Below the pieces are notes generated by a model, which saw only the letters and a program-made list of their open reading frames with translations, was not told the origin of the DNA and searched no databases. A stretch of DNA of 64,000 nucleotides from Chrysomallon squamiferum. Taxonomy: Eukaryota > Animalia > Mollusca. The DNA lies in NCBI GenBank assembly GCA_012295275.1, contig CM022672.1, forward strand, positions 11,842,001 to 11,906,000, given 5' to 3'. The translations under genes and the position numbers were made by a program. This document shows, in pieces, positions 1 to 15,768 of the stretch. Every line of letters begins with the position of its first letter. The first letter of the stretch is position 1.

Positions 1-724
1 ACACAGCAACCCATGTAATCACTCTCCAACTTGTAAGAACCAAAATCTCAATGAAAAAATGTCAGGCATTATTATGGATTAGTTCTTATTAAAAAAAAAA
101 AAAAATTACAAAACAAAAAAAAAAAAAAAATCTTAACCCTTTAACTTGCTGCTTTAGAATAGAAAAGTCTTCTTCTTTTTTTTTTCTTTCTTTCTTTTTT
201 TTTTTTTTAGGTTTGAAACGAAATGTAAATAATAATATTAATAATAATAATAATAATAAATATAATTATTATTATTATTATTATTTGAAGATTAACCCTT
301 TCCCTTATTTAGAGCAGGCTATGTCTTTATTATTTTACATTTATGGTCAATAACTGTTTGCCTGTTTAGAATATTTCTTCTTCTTCTTCTTTTTTTTTAA
401 AGAAAGGAAGAAAAAAGTATCAGACTTAAAAATTAACCCTTTTCCATGTTACAAAACAATTACAGAGATAAAGGGTAAGAACAGCAGTACCAGTATTTTA
501 TCTTGTTCCTCTCTTTCTGAGATAAATTATTGACAAGTGAAGTCAGAATATGTCTTAATTTACATTATTTATTGGTTTTTGCCCACACTTTTCACTTACA
601 GATATTCTAATGGATGATTATTTGCTAAACCAAATCTTAAAACATTTTATTAATGGTTGGTAGACACAAAATCTATTGATTTTGCAAAACAATGTTATTA
701 ATTAGTTGTTTATTAGTACAGATG

Positions 725-898
725 CTTATTAATTAGAAACAAGAATCTTCAAACAGACTGGGGGAAAAAAATATGAGTTAGCTTTTGATATATTAATCAT
801 GAGCACTATTTAGAATGGAAAATAAACTGGAGACTGCATCAAGGGGATTTGATCTAGCAGCTTATCATGACTAAGACCTGTACTCATTACACTAAGCT
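725..898 (-). mobile_element. Decayed SINE fragment, same family
   Basis: CTTTTGATATATTAATCATGAGCACT..GGAAAATA..TTGATCTAG parallels 61044-61120. Confidence 0.45.
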
Positions 899-1961
899 GG
901 AGTGTGCTTCTGTAATATTTCAATTTTATAATCAAAGTAAACTTTTAAGAAATATTAAAGAAGACACTGATATCCAAAATATACTGCCAATAACAGTGAG
1001 AGCTAAATGTAGATGAATATACTGGATATTTTATTACATTGCAATACAAAGAAAGTTTAATATATCATGTTGACTCGCATGTTTATTTTAGAAAATGTAA
1101 GAATGTTTTAAGAAATTTTATGATTAAAAGAAGCAAACATAACATGTTTTAACAAGCCATGTTTTTCAATTTCTTTTACATATCTTTAACGATTATTCTG
1201 TTTGATCTCTGAAATACCATAATTAAGTGAAAATCAGAAAACTGGCATCTAAGTGAGAAATCAACAGCAATGAACAAAACAACAAGAATATGATATTACA
1301 CTCTTAGTCAGAACAAATAAATGACCAGAGCTGGACATCAATGACCACCGAGAAAGAAAACGAAGTACAGTGAAGAAAACACCTGGATTCTTACAAAAGG
1401 ACTGGACAATTGCCCTGACAGGAAATGACAAAGGGAAGTAATTTCTGGTAATGAATTCAAAATGAAAAGGTCATAACTGATGGTCAATATTTGAGCATGG
1501 ATATTTTCATAAAATGGTGAAGCTATTAATCATACATGGAGTGGAACCAACAAAGAAAAGTGAAAATAAAGGAGAAGTAAAAATGAGGAATTCCCTATAC
1601 CGCTTTCATCTCATTGTTTTCAAGCCGCCATTTGCTTTCCTGTCCTACAAGGCTTGAAAGGGTATTTTTGTTTTTCTGTGTATACTGGGCACATTAGTAC
1701 TGCATGAAAAGTTTTTTGTTTGGCAATAAAAACTTTTCTGAAATTGGTGGTCAATATGTACAAAACATTGATCAAAGAAATTGGTTTCTTGTGGATAAAC
1801 AAATCTGAACTGTGAAATTAACAAAATAAACCTAAACAAAAACTGTAAACACTTCAATGTGTAATATTTTTAAACAAAACAGTTATTATTAAAACCCAAC
1901 TATGGACTTAAAAATAAGACAAAACATAACTCCCAGAATTATTTATTTATTTATTTATTAT

Positions 1962-1998
<37 letters not shown>

Positions 1999-2074
1999 AT
2001 ATCCATTACCATACCAAATTAATTATTATTCTTTTAAAATAAAAATTCAATTCAGTAACAGAGCAAACTGAATC

Positions 2075-2109
<35 letters not shown>

Positions 2110-3189
2110 CAAATTCAATGCCCTAACCAAACCTAACCAAATTATTTAAAAAAAAAAAAAAAAAAAAAAAAATTCAAACTCAATACTCAGACCAAGCCAT
2201 AAAATTAATTTTAAAACAAAAATTAAATTCAGTACCAGACCAGAAAGAAAACTGTCATATTAACAAAGAAAGCTTCCAGCAATCCTTCATCATCATCACC
2301 ATTAATATTTAGTCTGGTTCCCCTGCTCTGTCAAAACTGTCATTGCAGTGAAACCAGCCAAGAAGTCTCTTCCTGTCCCAATCCAATATTGCAGTGGAGA
2401 GACAAAGACTCTGGGGACACCGTGAACTTGGCACAACCTTTCCATTAGTCTGCCTTGCATACAGAGCAGGCAATACCAGGTAACCACAGGGAGCCGTGGA
2501 TTATTAAAGAAAAGCAATCACCAAGAGTTCTTTTAAAGAGAGTCATCAGTTTTGTTCAAACTGAAGGACTCTGTAGAGTTCATGAAAGATTGTGTGCTTT
2601 AACCAAATGGTAATGAAAGAAAGATGGAGGCATTAAAGAGAAAGAAGGAGAAAGTAAGATAAAGGGATGGGTGGAGAGAAAAATCAAAATAAAGAAGGGA
2701 AGGAGAGAGGGCAAAAGAGAAATAAAGGAGGGAGAGAATAAAAATCAAAATAAAGGGAACAAGAGAGAAGGCAAAAGGGAAAAAGCAAAGTGAAAAACAG
2801 GATGTAGATAACAAAGGAAATGATTTAAGGAAGTAGTGAGAGAATAATGGAGAAAAAATTGAAATGGAGATAGAGAGATAATAAAGACATAGCACAAATA
2901 CAAGACAGTCCCTCCCATTCAGAGTCGTGATGTCAAAGTAAAACACTTTTAATATTTTATTGGGCAATATATCCCATACACTTACAAGTTCACTGCTATA
3001 AATACAATTTGTCCTTTGAAGCTTTACAAGCCTATAATTATATTTAAATACCAGGAGCATGAGCTGTACTGGGTGTCCATAAGGACAGACAGATTGAGAA
3101 TGGTTAAATACTTCGTAACTCTAGCTTTATAATTTAATCAACAATATATTGGAACTCTTCTCTGTATAATATAGATGTACAAAATGGTT

Positions 3190-4090
3190 AAAAATAAATT
3201 ATATATAATTATATATGTCAAGCTTAGAAAAACTTAGCATCAATATATATAAGAACTTTTCTTTTTTTTAATTTTATAAAATTTAAATAAATAGATACTA
3301 TTTAATGATATGTGTTAAGCTTAGAGTTACATAAAATTGAAAATACTAAATCATAAATGCCTAGCCTAAAAAAATATAATGTTTTAACATCAAATAAATA
3401 AAAGTATAGGAATAATCAGTTTTTCTTTTTTACTATAAAATTTAAATAAATAAATAATACTAAATCATAAATGTATAGTTTAAAAAATGTTTAAGCTTCA
3501 GATAACAATATAATTTTTTTTAATTTAAAATTTGCATAATGTTAAATCATCAAAGCCTAAGTCAAGATATTACTCTTTAACTTTTAAAAAAATAAATAAA
3601 ATAGAGAATAACTTTTTTGTAATATAAAATTCAAATAAATAAATATTACTAAATAAAAAATAACTGGTTTTAAACATATTTACAATTTCTCCTCCAAACA
3701 AACAAACAACAAAAAACTTTTTAAATATAAAATTTACATAATACTGAATCATCAAAGCAAAGGCTAAGACATTATAATTTAACTTTCAAATAAATAAACA
3801 GTATTACAGAATAAATTTTGTAATACAAGATTTAAATAAATACCTGATACAAAATTAATAAGGCAAATAAAAAGATCTCTGTGATAAATATTAGAAAAAT
3901 TACTTTAAAGTAACAATATACAAGTATATATTTCTAAAACATAATCTAGGTTATATACATGTATAATACGAAATCATATCTGAAAGATTACAATTTAAAC
4001 TTTAAATAAATGAAGAATATTTCAGAAAATAAAATTTAAAATGTAAAATTTAAATAAATAGTAAAATTGAAATAAAAGGCCTGTGTAATA
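3190..4090. repeat. AT-rich degenerate tandem repeat
   Basis: ATAAAATTTAAATAAATA..ATACTAAATCAT recurs about 5 times. Confidence 0.6.
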
Positions 4091-7000
4091 CGTATTTGAC
4101 TGATGTTTACAATGACAATCTCTGGAGATGTCTTTCTTCGCATGAATAAAACATTTGATTGTAATAATGTCAGGAAATCAATATTGCGTAACTCCTCTTC
4201 TGAACAATACTTTTTGTTTTTGAATTTTTCACATTCACTCTTCCTCTAACACAACTAATTTTTCTGTTTTATCATCTATATATCACGGTATTTTGTCCTA
4301 CCCTTGCTGTTTTGTTACTGTACAGTTGTTGTTTTGTTTTATTATTATTATTATTATTATTATTTATTTAATTTAAAATTAAAAGCGTTTGTAGATAATA
4401 CTTTCTCTTTCTTTTTCAAAAGTATTCTATTCTGTTCTATCAGTTTATTTTTCTTGTTATTTTTACTACAATTACTACTATTATCATTATTTTATTATCA
4501 TCATCATCATCATCAACATAATCATCATCATTATCATCATCATTATTATTCCATAAGTTTTCTTTTAAAATTAAGAGGACGAATGAATTATTTATGACAC
4601 TTCAAAACAAGTTGACTCTTTGGCTACAAAATAACAAAGACAAGAAAGTAAGTCGAGATGTTCTTGAAATGGAAAGAAAGAAGACTTCTCTTTTTTACCA
4701 TTGATTCAAAATTCATGAATTAAAGGGCAGAGGAGAAATAATTAGGGGTCAAGTAATGGTGCATTAGAGAAAAACAAACAAGCAAGACTTGCCTGAAATG
4801 AATACAAAGTGGCAGCAGACCAGTCAGGGTGAGTCATACTGTGCTTTCCCCAGCAGATAACATGTTTTAGCACCACTGGATAGCCCCACAAAACTAAAGC
4901 CAATAACAATTAACCCCTCACTCAACAATATGTGTTTAATGTCAAAATATTATCCTATCAAAGAGTCAATAAAGGACCATGAAATAGATCTAAACTGAGA
5001 GAGAACGGATCATGGTTAGTTTGAGACTAAAATTCTATTTCTTTGTGGTTCAAGTCTCAAACTAAAATGATGTCGAGATTGGATTTGCGATATATCCATG
5101 TTCATGTTTTTCATAGAACAATGTAAATATGTTTGCATGGCTTTGATGATTTTTTTTTTTTTTTTTTTTTTTGGTCTTAGTGTTGACCTTCATTTCACCT
5201 TGTCAGCCATGTTTGATTCTGTGATCTGACTTTTTTTTTCCTCCCCAACTACAATGCAACTAGCCACCACTTAATATCACTTTGTGCTAGGAAAAATAAT
5301 AACCAAACACAGACCCTGCTTCTTCCAGACAGAAAAATATTTTTAAAAGTTGTGTAATATTTGTTTTTCCTGTTTTTGTCAAGTTTGTTGTCAAAACAGA
5401 TGTCTCTGTAGCAAAACAGTCCAAAAAGATTGAATCAAAAAGAAAGAAATTTAAATTTATTTTAGTTAGGCCGACGGTTAATGTGGGAAGACAATAAACA
5501 ATGTAATCCTTTGAAATCTCAAATTTTAGAAATTTTTAATTAAAAAAACAAAAAACCTTCATTTAAAATTGGCAAAACTAGAAAGAAGCTGTTAAAGAAA
5601 TTAACAAAATTAAATTAAAAAAAAAAAAAAAAATTAATGTAAATGAAGTTGCTACTTAAAAAGAGAAAACTGGAGAAATAGCAATAAGTTTCTTGCCCAT
5701 TCTGAAAATATTTATTTATGTTAATTTGCTGAGAAAAGTAAACTTTAATATACTTTAAGAAGAATATATTAAACTACATACCTCATTACACTGCTAACAT
5801 CAAACAACACAGTACATATATGAAATAAAACAAAAAATATTTTAAAAAATATTTTAAAAAATATTTTAAAAAAAATACTTAATGCATCTTTACACCATTT
5901 GAAAATTTAAGAAGAAGGTGTTTTAAGTTAAAGGTGGACTGTTTTAAATTGGCATCTCGTATTCAAAGTTGGGAGCAAGGAATGACAAAAACGGACTAAG
6001 AGTTCGCGGGACTGAACTGTGTACACACACAGTGGCTATTTGCATCATTTAAAGCTGGTGTTTTCATTTGCACAAAAGCTGTACATGACACCACCTATTT
6101 GTGTTGATGTGTTAAGACTGAGGTAAATATTGATACAGACTTTCAGAAAGCTGTATATGAAGATGTGCCACTCATTTTTAAACATTTAAAAAAAATAATT
6201 CATCAGAGAGAAAATTAGAAATTTGATATACGTACAGTACATAACCAGTTTGATGTCATAGGTATTATATAAACAGTGTATAAGATTTTTATGTGTCTGT
6301 ATGTGTATATGTGCGTGCGACTGTATATACAAATGTATACTGTTAATAAAATCAAAGTTTAACAAGCACACACAAACATATAACAGTTATGTGCACATAT
6401 CTAAGCATACCCCATACATATATCAACTAGTGTAAGAAAAATCAAAATAAATATTATCCAGTTTACTTCAACACATACATATATGCAGTTTAATATTAAT
6501 ATTATACTGGTATAGTGGTATTATTTATTGCAAAAACTAATTATTCTGGCAGTCTTGAAAAGCCTAAATTACAATATCAATGACCATTTTGACTGGACAG
6601 ATTAAATGTTAATTTCCTCTTCCATGTTAGTGTAACCTGAGACAAATTCACATTAACTCTGAATTAAGATTCCTGGGATATATTTTACAAAACAGCCAAC
6701 CTTAGTTTTGCCCGACTGAGCAGAATGCATATAACAAAAATAATAAATTATAACAGTTTTCTATTTAGCCATCAGTGTTTTTCTACTGTTGAAATTATTA
6801 CTAAAATAAGGTGGAAAATGCATTTATTATGAAACATACAGTAGAAAATGCATTAGAAAATGAGTTTATTGTGAAATGTTAGGTATAAAATGTATATGAT
6901 ATATATGTATTTGACATTGTGAGTAATGTATGTGTAAATTATTATAGATATCAAAATAAAAGTTGTGAAATTTAAAATTAATGTTTTATTTATTTATGTT

Positions 7001-8555
7001 TTTATTTTTTATTTATTTATAACCTTTTTTTTTTTTTTTAGGCCATTAGTATAATTATTGAGTCATTAAGATTTTTTCAAATAATGCAAAAACTATACCT
7101 CTATTTCAATATGGTTTATCAAATAAATATTACCACAATGAAAACAGTACAGTGGCAAAACTAATCATACATATTGTATATACTCTGTTTACAGTTAAAC
7201 CTATTAATTGTGATTGTTAGTCAAACATTATGAGGACAGTGCTAAACCTCCAGCTGAGTAAGAGAGACTTGATGACATAGGTGGCGGCCATATTTGAAAA
7301 CAGGTGTAAACTGTTGGCTATTTGCAGCATTCTCACACCCTGTTATTAGCTGAAAAGCCACTGGTATTATGTATCCACTCTTATCAGGGGAAATCTGAAC
7401 ATGTTAACAGAATGTCCTTCCAGTGGGCATATATTAATTAAATCAGGCCACACAGGAGTTAAAACCAACACTGGCAACATTTTTAAAAACTGGAATGACC
7501 ATTTCATGGTCAATTTCATCCCAGTATTTGTTCAGCTTGGTTTGTGTTAAAATATTTAGGGACCACCACAAGTTGTTTCAAATAAATTTTGAAAAATAAA
7601 ATCAACAGAAGACTGTTTTGTAATGTAAACAAGCAGCAGGTTTTATCAGCTGATGTTAAAACAAAGGAGTAATGTGGTAAACAGGTTGGGGATATCTAGT
7701 AATAACACTGTGGAGGTGTCCAATAATAACAGTACAAAAGTGGCCATTTAGCAGCACAGACATGTTTAAACAGTACAATGCAACAGCAGAGAAGTATCTA
7801 ATAATAACAATATAAAATAATTGTGAAGAAATGATATATATATATATATAAAACACACACACACATATATATTTGTCTAATAATAACAATATAGAATTGT
7901 ATAACAATAACTGTAGAGACATACTTAACAATAACAGTAACCAAATGTTTAACAATAACACTATAAAGTTTAAGGAATTTTTTTCTTCTTCTTCTTTTTA
8001 TTTTTTTTTTTTTTTTCAAAGTTATTTGAATTTAACAAGATGGATAGATCTGGAATCAATTATCATCATGCTGCAGATGAGAAACAGGAAACAGTTCTGG
8101 CCAAATAATTGCTTTGAAAAGAGTTTAAGTAACGGCAGGACCATTCCTGAAAGGTGCATTAGCAGTCTTTGTGATGCCTACACCAAAACTCGTCTTGCAC
8201 ATTTTAGTTTTTGCTGAAGATTTTTTCAAATGAACCTAATTTAATGAATCCATGCAGGCACTCACTCTTCACAGAAGATAATTAGATATACGAGTTTTCT
8301 CATTCAGATGTTTAAAAAAAACAGATTTTTAAAATCAAAGTGCACAATGAAGAGATATCGCATATAATATTTCATGCTATCTTAATTTTTGGAATAAGTG
8401 TTTACTGGATGTAACTACATCATGAACTTTTGGTAAAATTAGTGCTTACTGTATGTACATCTTCTGCATAGTTTACTTAGCTGGAATAAATAGGTAGTTA
8501 AATAAATAAAGTTTCAAAGTTAATCAATGAAACAGAACACAAAATTCAAATTACA

Positions 8556-8598
<43 letters not shown>

Positions 8599-8989
8599 TA
8601 TGCAGAATATTTTTAAGACAGAAAATCTTCAAATAAATAAGTGAAACAATTTCCTTTCTGTTATATTTGTAGGTTGAGGACATGAAAATCTATAAGAAAA
8701 ACTAAAAATACGAAAATATAATAATTAAATAATAATAATAATAAAACATAATGTCATTGAAATATCTCAGTAATGATATCCTAGTCATTTCTGAATAATA
8801 AAAAAAATATATATATATAAATATAAATAAAAAACACACAAATTTGATCATCCTTGGAAAAAAAACCCCAACATAAACAACATTTGCATTTCAGTGTTAA
8901 AACTTTCAATAAAGCTATTAATTAGTTTAAGCCAGAAGTATGAAAGTTCTGCAGAAACCAGATCATAAAAGAGTGACAAAATAAGCCAA

Positions 8990-9132
8990 TGTGACAACAG
9001 ACATGGAAAACTGAATCTCAATTTTCAGCCTGGAAACAAAAAGCGACAAGAAACAAGAAATATCAAATCAGAATTTCAGCCTCAAAAACAAACAGTGACA
9101 ACAAACACAGGATATCAAAAACTGTTTCAGCC
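8990..9132. repeat. About 52-bp tandem repeat, 3 units
   Basis: G(T/C)GACAA..TTTCAGCC three times. Confidence 0.75.
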
Positions 9133-9654
9133 AACTACGGGCACATGCTATAAATCATGTTAAAAATTATGATTTTGTTTTTCTTCCAGCAAACAGTGAA
9201 ATGGAAAGGGACTCTCATCTTTTAATGAAGGAATAACAGTGAAGAGAACAGACTGGATGACAAATGTAGTCGAATCCAGACTGACAAATGTCCTTACACC
9301 TAGACAGACATCAGCCATCTTCAAAGAAAAGGTGACCAAAAGTTAATCCCATTCACAGACTGCCTCATTAATAATGCTTATTCTCCTTGTGCTTATCATA
9401 AAAACAAAAACATTTTGATAAAAGAGCTGACTGTTTGGTGTCGCCTTGATTAATCCCAAAAACTCTTAACACACACAAAGTTGTGAAAAAATAAAAACAA
9501 GATATGGTATATAAAATACAAAGTTTGTGTGTGGTGGAAGACAAGTTATCAAATTAAAGTGTCTGCGGTGAGATAATCTCTGCTTTGATTGTCTAATACA
9601 ATGACAAGATAATGATCATCCTTAAAACCATCTAAGATGGCTATGATATGTTAA

Positions 9655-9845
9655 TTTGAAAGAAATGCTTTATTTAATTACACTCAAGACACCATATTAA
9701 TTCTGTATGGTGATATTAATATCAGTAAGCAACATACAGACAGTATGAGACAAAAACAATTGCTGCCATGTTACAAGCCTCTTTTTTTTTTGATAGCAGC
9801 AAGTTATTTTTATGTTAACCTTCCCACAGATGGGAAATACATGAT
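9655..9845 (-). mobile_element. Decayed SINE, same family
   Basis: GAAATGCTTTATTTAA ... TAGCAGCAAG ... ACCTTCCCACAGA. Confidence 0.6.
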
Positions 9846-11664
9846 TTTTTATAAAGAAATAAAGGGGAAATGCATTAATGTAATAATGTATAAATGTAAA
9901 TCACACATGGACGATGGTCACACAGCTATATACAGTCTTTGTACACAGGTAACTGATTAAAGACAAGATAATTGATTCAGTCATATTGTGAAAGCTTTAT
10001 TCTTTAACAGATAGGAAAATCTAAATGAGATTTGATGTTCTGATGGTAAAGCTTACTGAACTGAAGTCTGGCAGTGTTTGACTTTGCTCTTCTGTTTTCA
10101 TGGTCTAAATGTGTTTTACAGATTAAATAAATTATTTAAGCCAGAGATCACGAAAAGTTAAATAATTTAGTCTGCTGAAAGTTGCACATCTGCTTGCTTA
10201 CATGCTCTTTTTTTTTTTTTAAATGTTTCTTCTTCAAGAAATGGAACTTGGTTTTAGTTTGCATCTCTGCATGTGTGTTATTATTTTTTTAATTTTGTTT
10301 TTTTCTGAAAGGTAAATTTCTGACAAGATGTGAGAATTTGACCTATCAAAATGCAGGTCGACAGAGTGCTGATGTGAAAATCAAAACTTCACACCAAGCC
10401 ATAACTCAAGAACATTATCCACAACATCAACAAAACAATACAACATATATACACATCAAAAATATGTAAAACAATTTCACCTTAAAAGCACCCTTCCTCA
10501 GAAGCTGTCAAACAGTCTCAGGATGTAACAGAAACCAAAAAGAATAAGAAGATAAACTGAAATCCCAGCTATATTTACAATGAAATAACTTCAGTTTATT
10601 ATTTTTTTTAAAACCGACAGAAACTCTACATCTAACCATTGTCAGGAAGATGTCACCATGGCATCACCTGGCTGATTTTACACCTCTGTGAAAGAAACAC
10701 AGGGTTACCTTTCTGCTAGTCTGGGTGCTAAATTATAAATCAAAACACCTGGTTATGTCATAAGGTGCTAGCCTGCAGTAAACCGTACCAACTCTGGATA
10801 CTAAATGTAATTGATAACATGTCATTAGGTGAACTTATGTGCAATTAATATGAAAAAAAGTGTTTGAGAATTATTTTTTATTTTAACAAATTCAGTTTTG
10901 TCTGTGTCTGTGAGAGTGCCAGCACTGGATACTGCCATATTAGATAACATTTAAAATTGCAAGAGAAATAATTTATGTCAAAGCCATGAAAAAAAAGGTT
11001 GTACTCTGTGACCTTTTTGTTTTTGGGTAACACACACTCTTTAGAGCCAATCTAATTTAGTAATCTTTACAGTTATTTATTTTTATTTTATTTATATGTT
11101 ATTTTATTATATGCTTACTTATTTATTTATTTAATTTAATTATTTATTTTTAATATTTTATTTACTTGTTTTATTTTATTATTTCATTCATTCATTCATT
11201 TGTTCCTTTCCTTTTTATTTATTTTTTTATTTTACTACTTTAACCTTCGTATCAAAATTCTCATGTTTCATACTGTCAACACCACAACACATCTGCAACA
11301 AAAACAGTTTACAACACACATTTAATAAGTAATTTATCATACACCTCTTTACCATCCCATCACAAAGACCCACACCTCTTTATTTCTACCATCGTAATTA
11401 TATTACTGCTGTTTTAAAATGGTCAGAGGAACAGTGGACACTTCAGTGCTAACATGTATGAAAGACAACAGTACACTTTAATTGCTGGTGTGGCTATTTT
11501 CAATGTGGTAATTTGGACACGGCCAGAACTAATGAGGTGAATTATTCAGTTTCGCTCTTTGTGTCGAGATCTCGGTTGAGGTTTGGATGACAGGTGTTTG
11601 GCTGTAATAATGACCAACATGGGAACACAATGACAAATACAAACTCACATTAAGTCGTGGTAAA

Positions 11665-12125
11665 GGGAAATTTAACATACTAATTTAGATAGATGCTGAA
11701 TTATTAATTTGTTTTCCCTTTTGTTGGAAATTTGCATAACATCATGTTGTGTAAGAGACTGGTAACTGAATAACAAAGGTAAAAATATATTAATCTAATT
11801 TAGACAGATCGTGTGGATCGTTAATTGATTTTTTCTAAATTCTTTGTTATGAAATTTGAATAATGTAATCCTGTGTAAGAGGTTGAACTGATAATAATTC
11901 AGATAAAAATATATTAAACTAATTTAGGTACACAACTGAATTTTTAATATTTTTTCTATACAATATTTCGCCTAAGAGACTTAACTGGGAACAATTCAGG
12001 TAGAACAAGATCAAACTAATTTAAAAAGATCAATAAAAAAATAGTTTTTTCTTAGACAATTTATATGAAAAAAAATGAACTTATATTATTTAAGTTAAAA
12101 AATATAAACTTGCTAATTTCATCTG
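11665..12125. repeat. About 100-120 bp degenerate tandem repeat, 4-5 units
   Basis: CTAATTTAG and GTGTAAGAG..AACTGA..AAAATATATTAA recur. Confidence 0.7.
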
Positions 12126-13163
12126 ATCAGTCAAATTACTGATTTTGTGTTCTCTCACTTTTTAATTTTTTATTTCTTGATATTTTGTTTATTTTTCTAT
12201 CTTTCTCTATGTTAGAACATATATTGCAATGAATTATATTGATATATATATATCCTTTTTTTTTTTTTTTCTTAACCTAGCCCTCAGTATTGTTATATTT
12301 CACAGTTCACTTGTTCATCATTTAAAAGGTTTTGGTTCAGTGCTAACCGGTACCATTTCTGGTTTCATGCAGAACCATGCATTCAATCTGTTATTTTATT
12401 CATCACTGCAATTTCATTGGCATAATATCCATTACAGCTTTATGGAAGCCTTCAGTTCAGTCCTATTTTCTATTGGTAAGATTTATTCAGATATCTTTAA
12501 ACATTTTATTTTTGTTCATTATATATTGATTTTACTTTCAGGACCAAGCAAGCATTAACCTGTCAATCAGAAAGTGCAAGAAGCAACTTGTCATGACAAA
12601 TAATACATTGATTGTATTTCTACTCAAAAGCAGATGTCGTATTTTCCAATAATATTGAAATATGTTCGACATACAAGACAAAAATATCATGGCGAACAAT
12701 AAATACATTTTTTTTTTTTTTTTTAATACTACTGCAAATATCTGAGCAGCCATTGCATGTGAAGAGACATTCCACAGCCAGACACTGCAAATTACATGAC
12801 ACACCAGAATCATAAAACGTTCATGGCCAAGGAAAAATCTTTACTCCCAGACAGTAAATGCTGCAGAAGTACATCTGAGGATTTTTTTTAATAGGTACCG
12901 GTTAGTCCACTTTGATTTGGTCTTGCATAATTTTCCCATTCCAAATATGGCTCAGTGTTTGGTATTTTGAACAATAAAACACAATGCATTTTCCCATTCC
13001 AACATGTGCTCAACATTAGTATTTCCTAAGAAAAACAAATAACAATTGCTGAAGAGTTGAGAAATCTTGTTAAGTTATAAACTCTTAGGATTATACAACT
13101 TAAACTTAGCATTAGATTATATTCCATTCCAACCAGTACTGGACATTTTTTAAAATTATTCCT

Positions 13164-13204
<41 letters not shown>

Positions 13205-14951
13205 TGTTTTGTAATTTAAAAAAAAAATAACAGAATAAAACACACATTTTGGTAAACTGTTACTGAAACTTAACAGTTGTGATAAGCACTGACATTTATA
13301 ACAGCTGGATATTTAACATTACCAAAAAAAAAAAAAAAAAAAGAAGAAGAAAAAAAGACATGATGTACATAAACATAAACATTTAATACAGCAAGAAAAG
13401 GAATGGCAAAATGAATCAGACGAGACTTAATTATAACGATTCCAGATGAGATTCTCTTGTTGATATGCCATCCTGAGATACTGATGCCATTAGCCATACA
13501 CACTTCAAAGACTGAGTTAGAGAATTCTTGCTGGTTATGACTGACAAAAAAAAAAAAAAAAAAAACAACACATTTGCACACAAACAGGAATGGTCTGTTC
13601 AGAGTAACATATGTTTTTATGTCAATACCCCATTAGTGTTTAAGAACAACCTGTGACAGTAGTGGTTATGACATGATGTTGTGTTGTAAATATACAGCAA
13701 TGATGGCATGAGCAGCTGCAGCTAAGTAAATTAACATATTAAATGTACTGATGTACTAGTGTAAGAGATAATAGCAACAACAGAACAGCAAAAATAATGT
13801 CCACAGCATTTGTGGCTGAACCCTTATCATATAAAGATTTTTTCGTATATGTAAATAACCTGATATAAACAGATTTTATTCTATATTTTTATAGTAAGAA
13901 AATCTATATAATGTGTGTGTGTTTTTGTGTGTGTGTGTATATATATATGTTTTAAAATAATAATAATAGTAATTATTATTATTATTATTATTATGAACAT
14001 ATTTTTTGTTATTTTCAAAATTAATATTCTATAATAAAATCATTTTCATTTTTACAAAATTAATATTTATACATGCTTTAATTAAGATCTTAAATGAAAA
14101 TTTTAAAACAAATACATAAAAAACGTTTTAATATTTTCAAAATTAATTTTCTAAAATGTATCACATAATCCAAAATTTTAAAAACAAATTAATTTTTCTT
14201 CAAAAATTATCATTTTCAGAAATCCATCTTTTCAAATGACATCTGACACAAAACAAAAAAAACACACAAAAAACACCAACCCAGCAATAAAAAATTATAA
14301 ATTCTAATTTTGTTTCCAACTACAACAAAAATAATAAAAAATCCATTGCTCATTTTGTTTTATCGACAGATAACTCTGACCTGCACAATCCAAATATTAA
14401 CAAAACAAAAAACTCATCAAAAGATTCTGTCTCCTCATTAGCAATCTGAGTAAATAAAAAACCAATAATTTTACACTCGCTTATAATGTGAGTGACACAT
14501 CAATTTTCTCATGTTTAATGGCTCACAAAACTGTTTGCCTCATTATGCGGCATGATGGGTAATTTGCATACAAATCATGTGACCATATTAATCAGACGCT
14601 TCCACCTTGAGTTGTAGATGGCAGGCGAGATTAGTATGAGTCACAGCGAGCAGCAGGAACAATGACAGCAATGGACTCAGGTGCAGCAAAAATCTGCTAA
14701 TGATAGAATTAATCTCATTTTCACTTCATCTATAGTTTCAGCTACATCCATGGCTAATTCTCATCATGGTTTCTATCAGAGAAATACATGGACTTAATAA
14801 CGTCTGGCTCTGCCCATTGAATTCTTTCCGAGACAAGAATAAAAAGAGTAAAATCACCTACGGTTCTTCAGTGACAGAAATTGCCTATATTCTTACGAAT
14901 AGATTTTTTATCTGGTATTCTTATCATAGATATCAAAACAAATTGTTTAAT

Positions 14952-15031
14952 AGAAGTTTAAATAAAACTTAAATTAGGTAACGTATTGGGCAGAAGTTTA
15001 AATAAAGCTTAAATTAGGTAACTTATTGGGC
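14952..15031. repeat. 40-bp direct duplication
   Basis: AGAAGTTTAAATAAAACTTAAATTAGGTAACGTATTGGGC twice with 2 mismatches. Confidence 0.95.
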
Positions 15032-15728
15032 ACAGATAATGACTTCAAATGATAAAACTGTCCAAGAGAGGCTAGGAATGCTGTTTGTTTTATAGATTAT
15101 AATACTAGTTTAACTACTGAGACACTGGTTGGAATGGGAAATAGCCAAAATTAGTAGATTAACATTAAACACACACACATGCACATATGTGTCTGTGTGT
15201 GTGTGTGTGTGTGTGAGAAAAAAGATGCAAAAATGGTAACAAATTCTAATAATCTTCTCACTCCATAAACAAGTTGTAAATGATGAAATGAATATCTTGT
15301 TAATAGATAAAGACATATTATAAAACCCGGACACTGTCACATTTCCTATTTCTTGTGTTTATTCTCTCTAAGCATTATAATAACAATAATAAAAAAAAAT
15401 CATTAAAAATGTTCTGACACCATTACAGAAACAGACACACACACGACAAACACAAAATGCCTGATTAATAATTTTCTGCCTATTGTCAGGGATTCTTTGA
15501 AATGAGATCTTGGCCGCGTTTTGTTGCCTTCTCGGTCACGTATTATGTCGCATCTGTCAGCCCTCAGCATGTTCAGCCAAGGCATAAAAGACAGCAGCCC
15601 ATAGCTGGCTACAAACCTGTAATTATTGATTTTATTTTTACTTCTTTTGAGCTCTGTCATCCAGGCATTAGCCAGTGACAAAGCTAAGCCGTGTATTCTT
15701 TGCATCTGCTTGCTTCATCTGTCCATAG

Positions 15729-15768
<40 letters not shown>

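Noticed and set aside
170-216. T-tract followed by TAG|GTTTGA, and similar AG|GT joins at 8672, 21625 and 53823, as recursive sites
   Set aside because: The regenerated donors are far from consensus.
2980-3000. Minus-strand 7 or 10 nt micro-exon candidate (TAGCAG|TGAACTT|GTAAGT)
   Set aside because: The pyrimidine tract is poor, and similar weak candidates near 600 and 29380 show these arise by chance.
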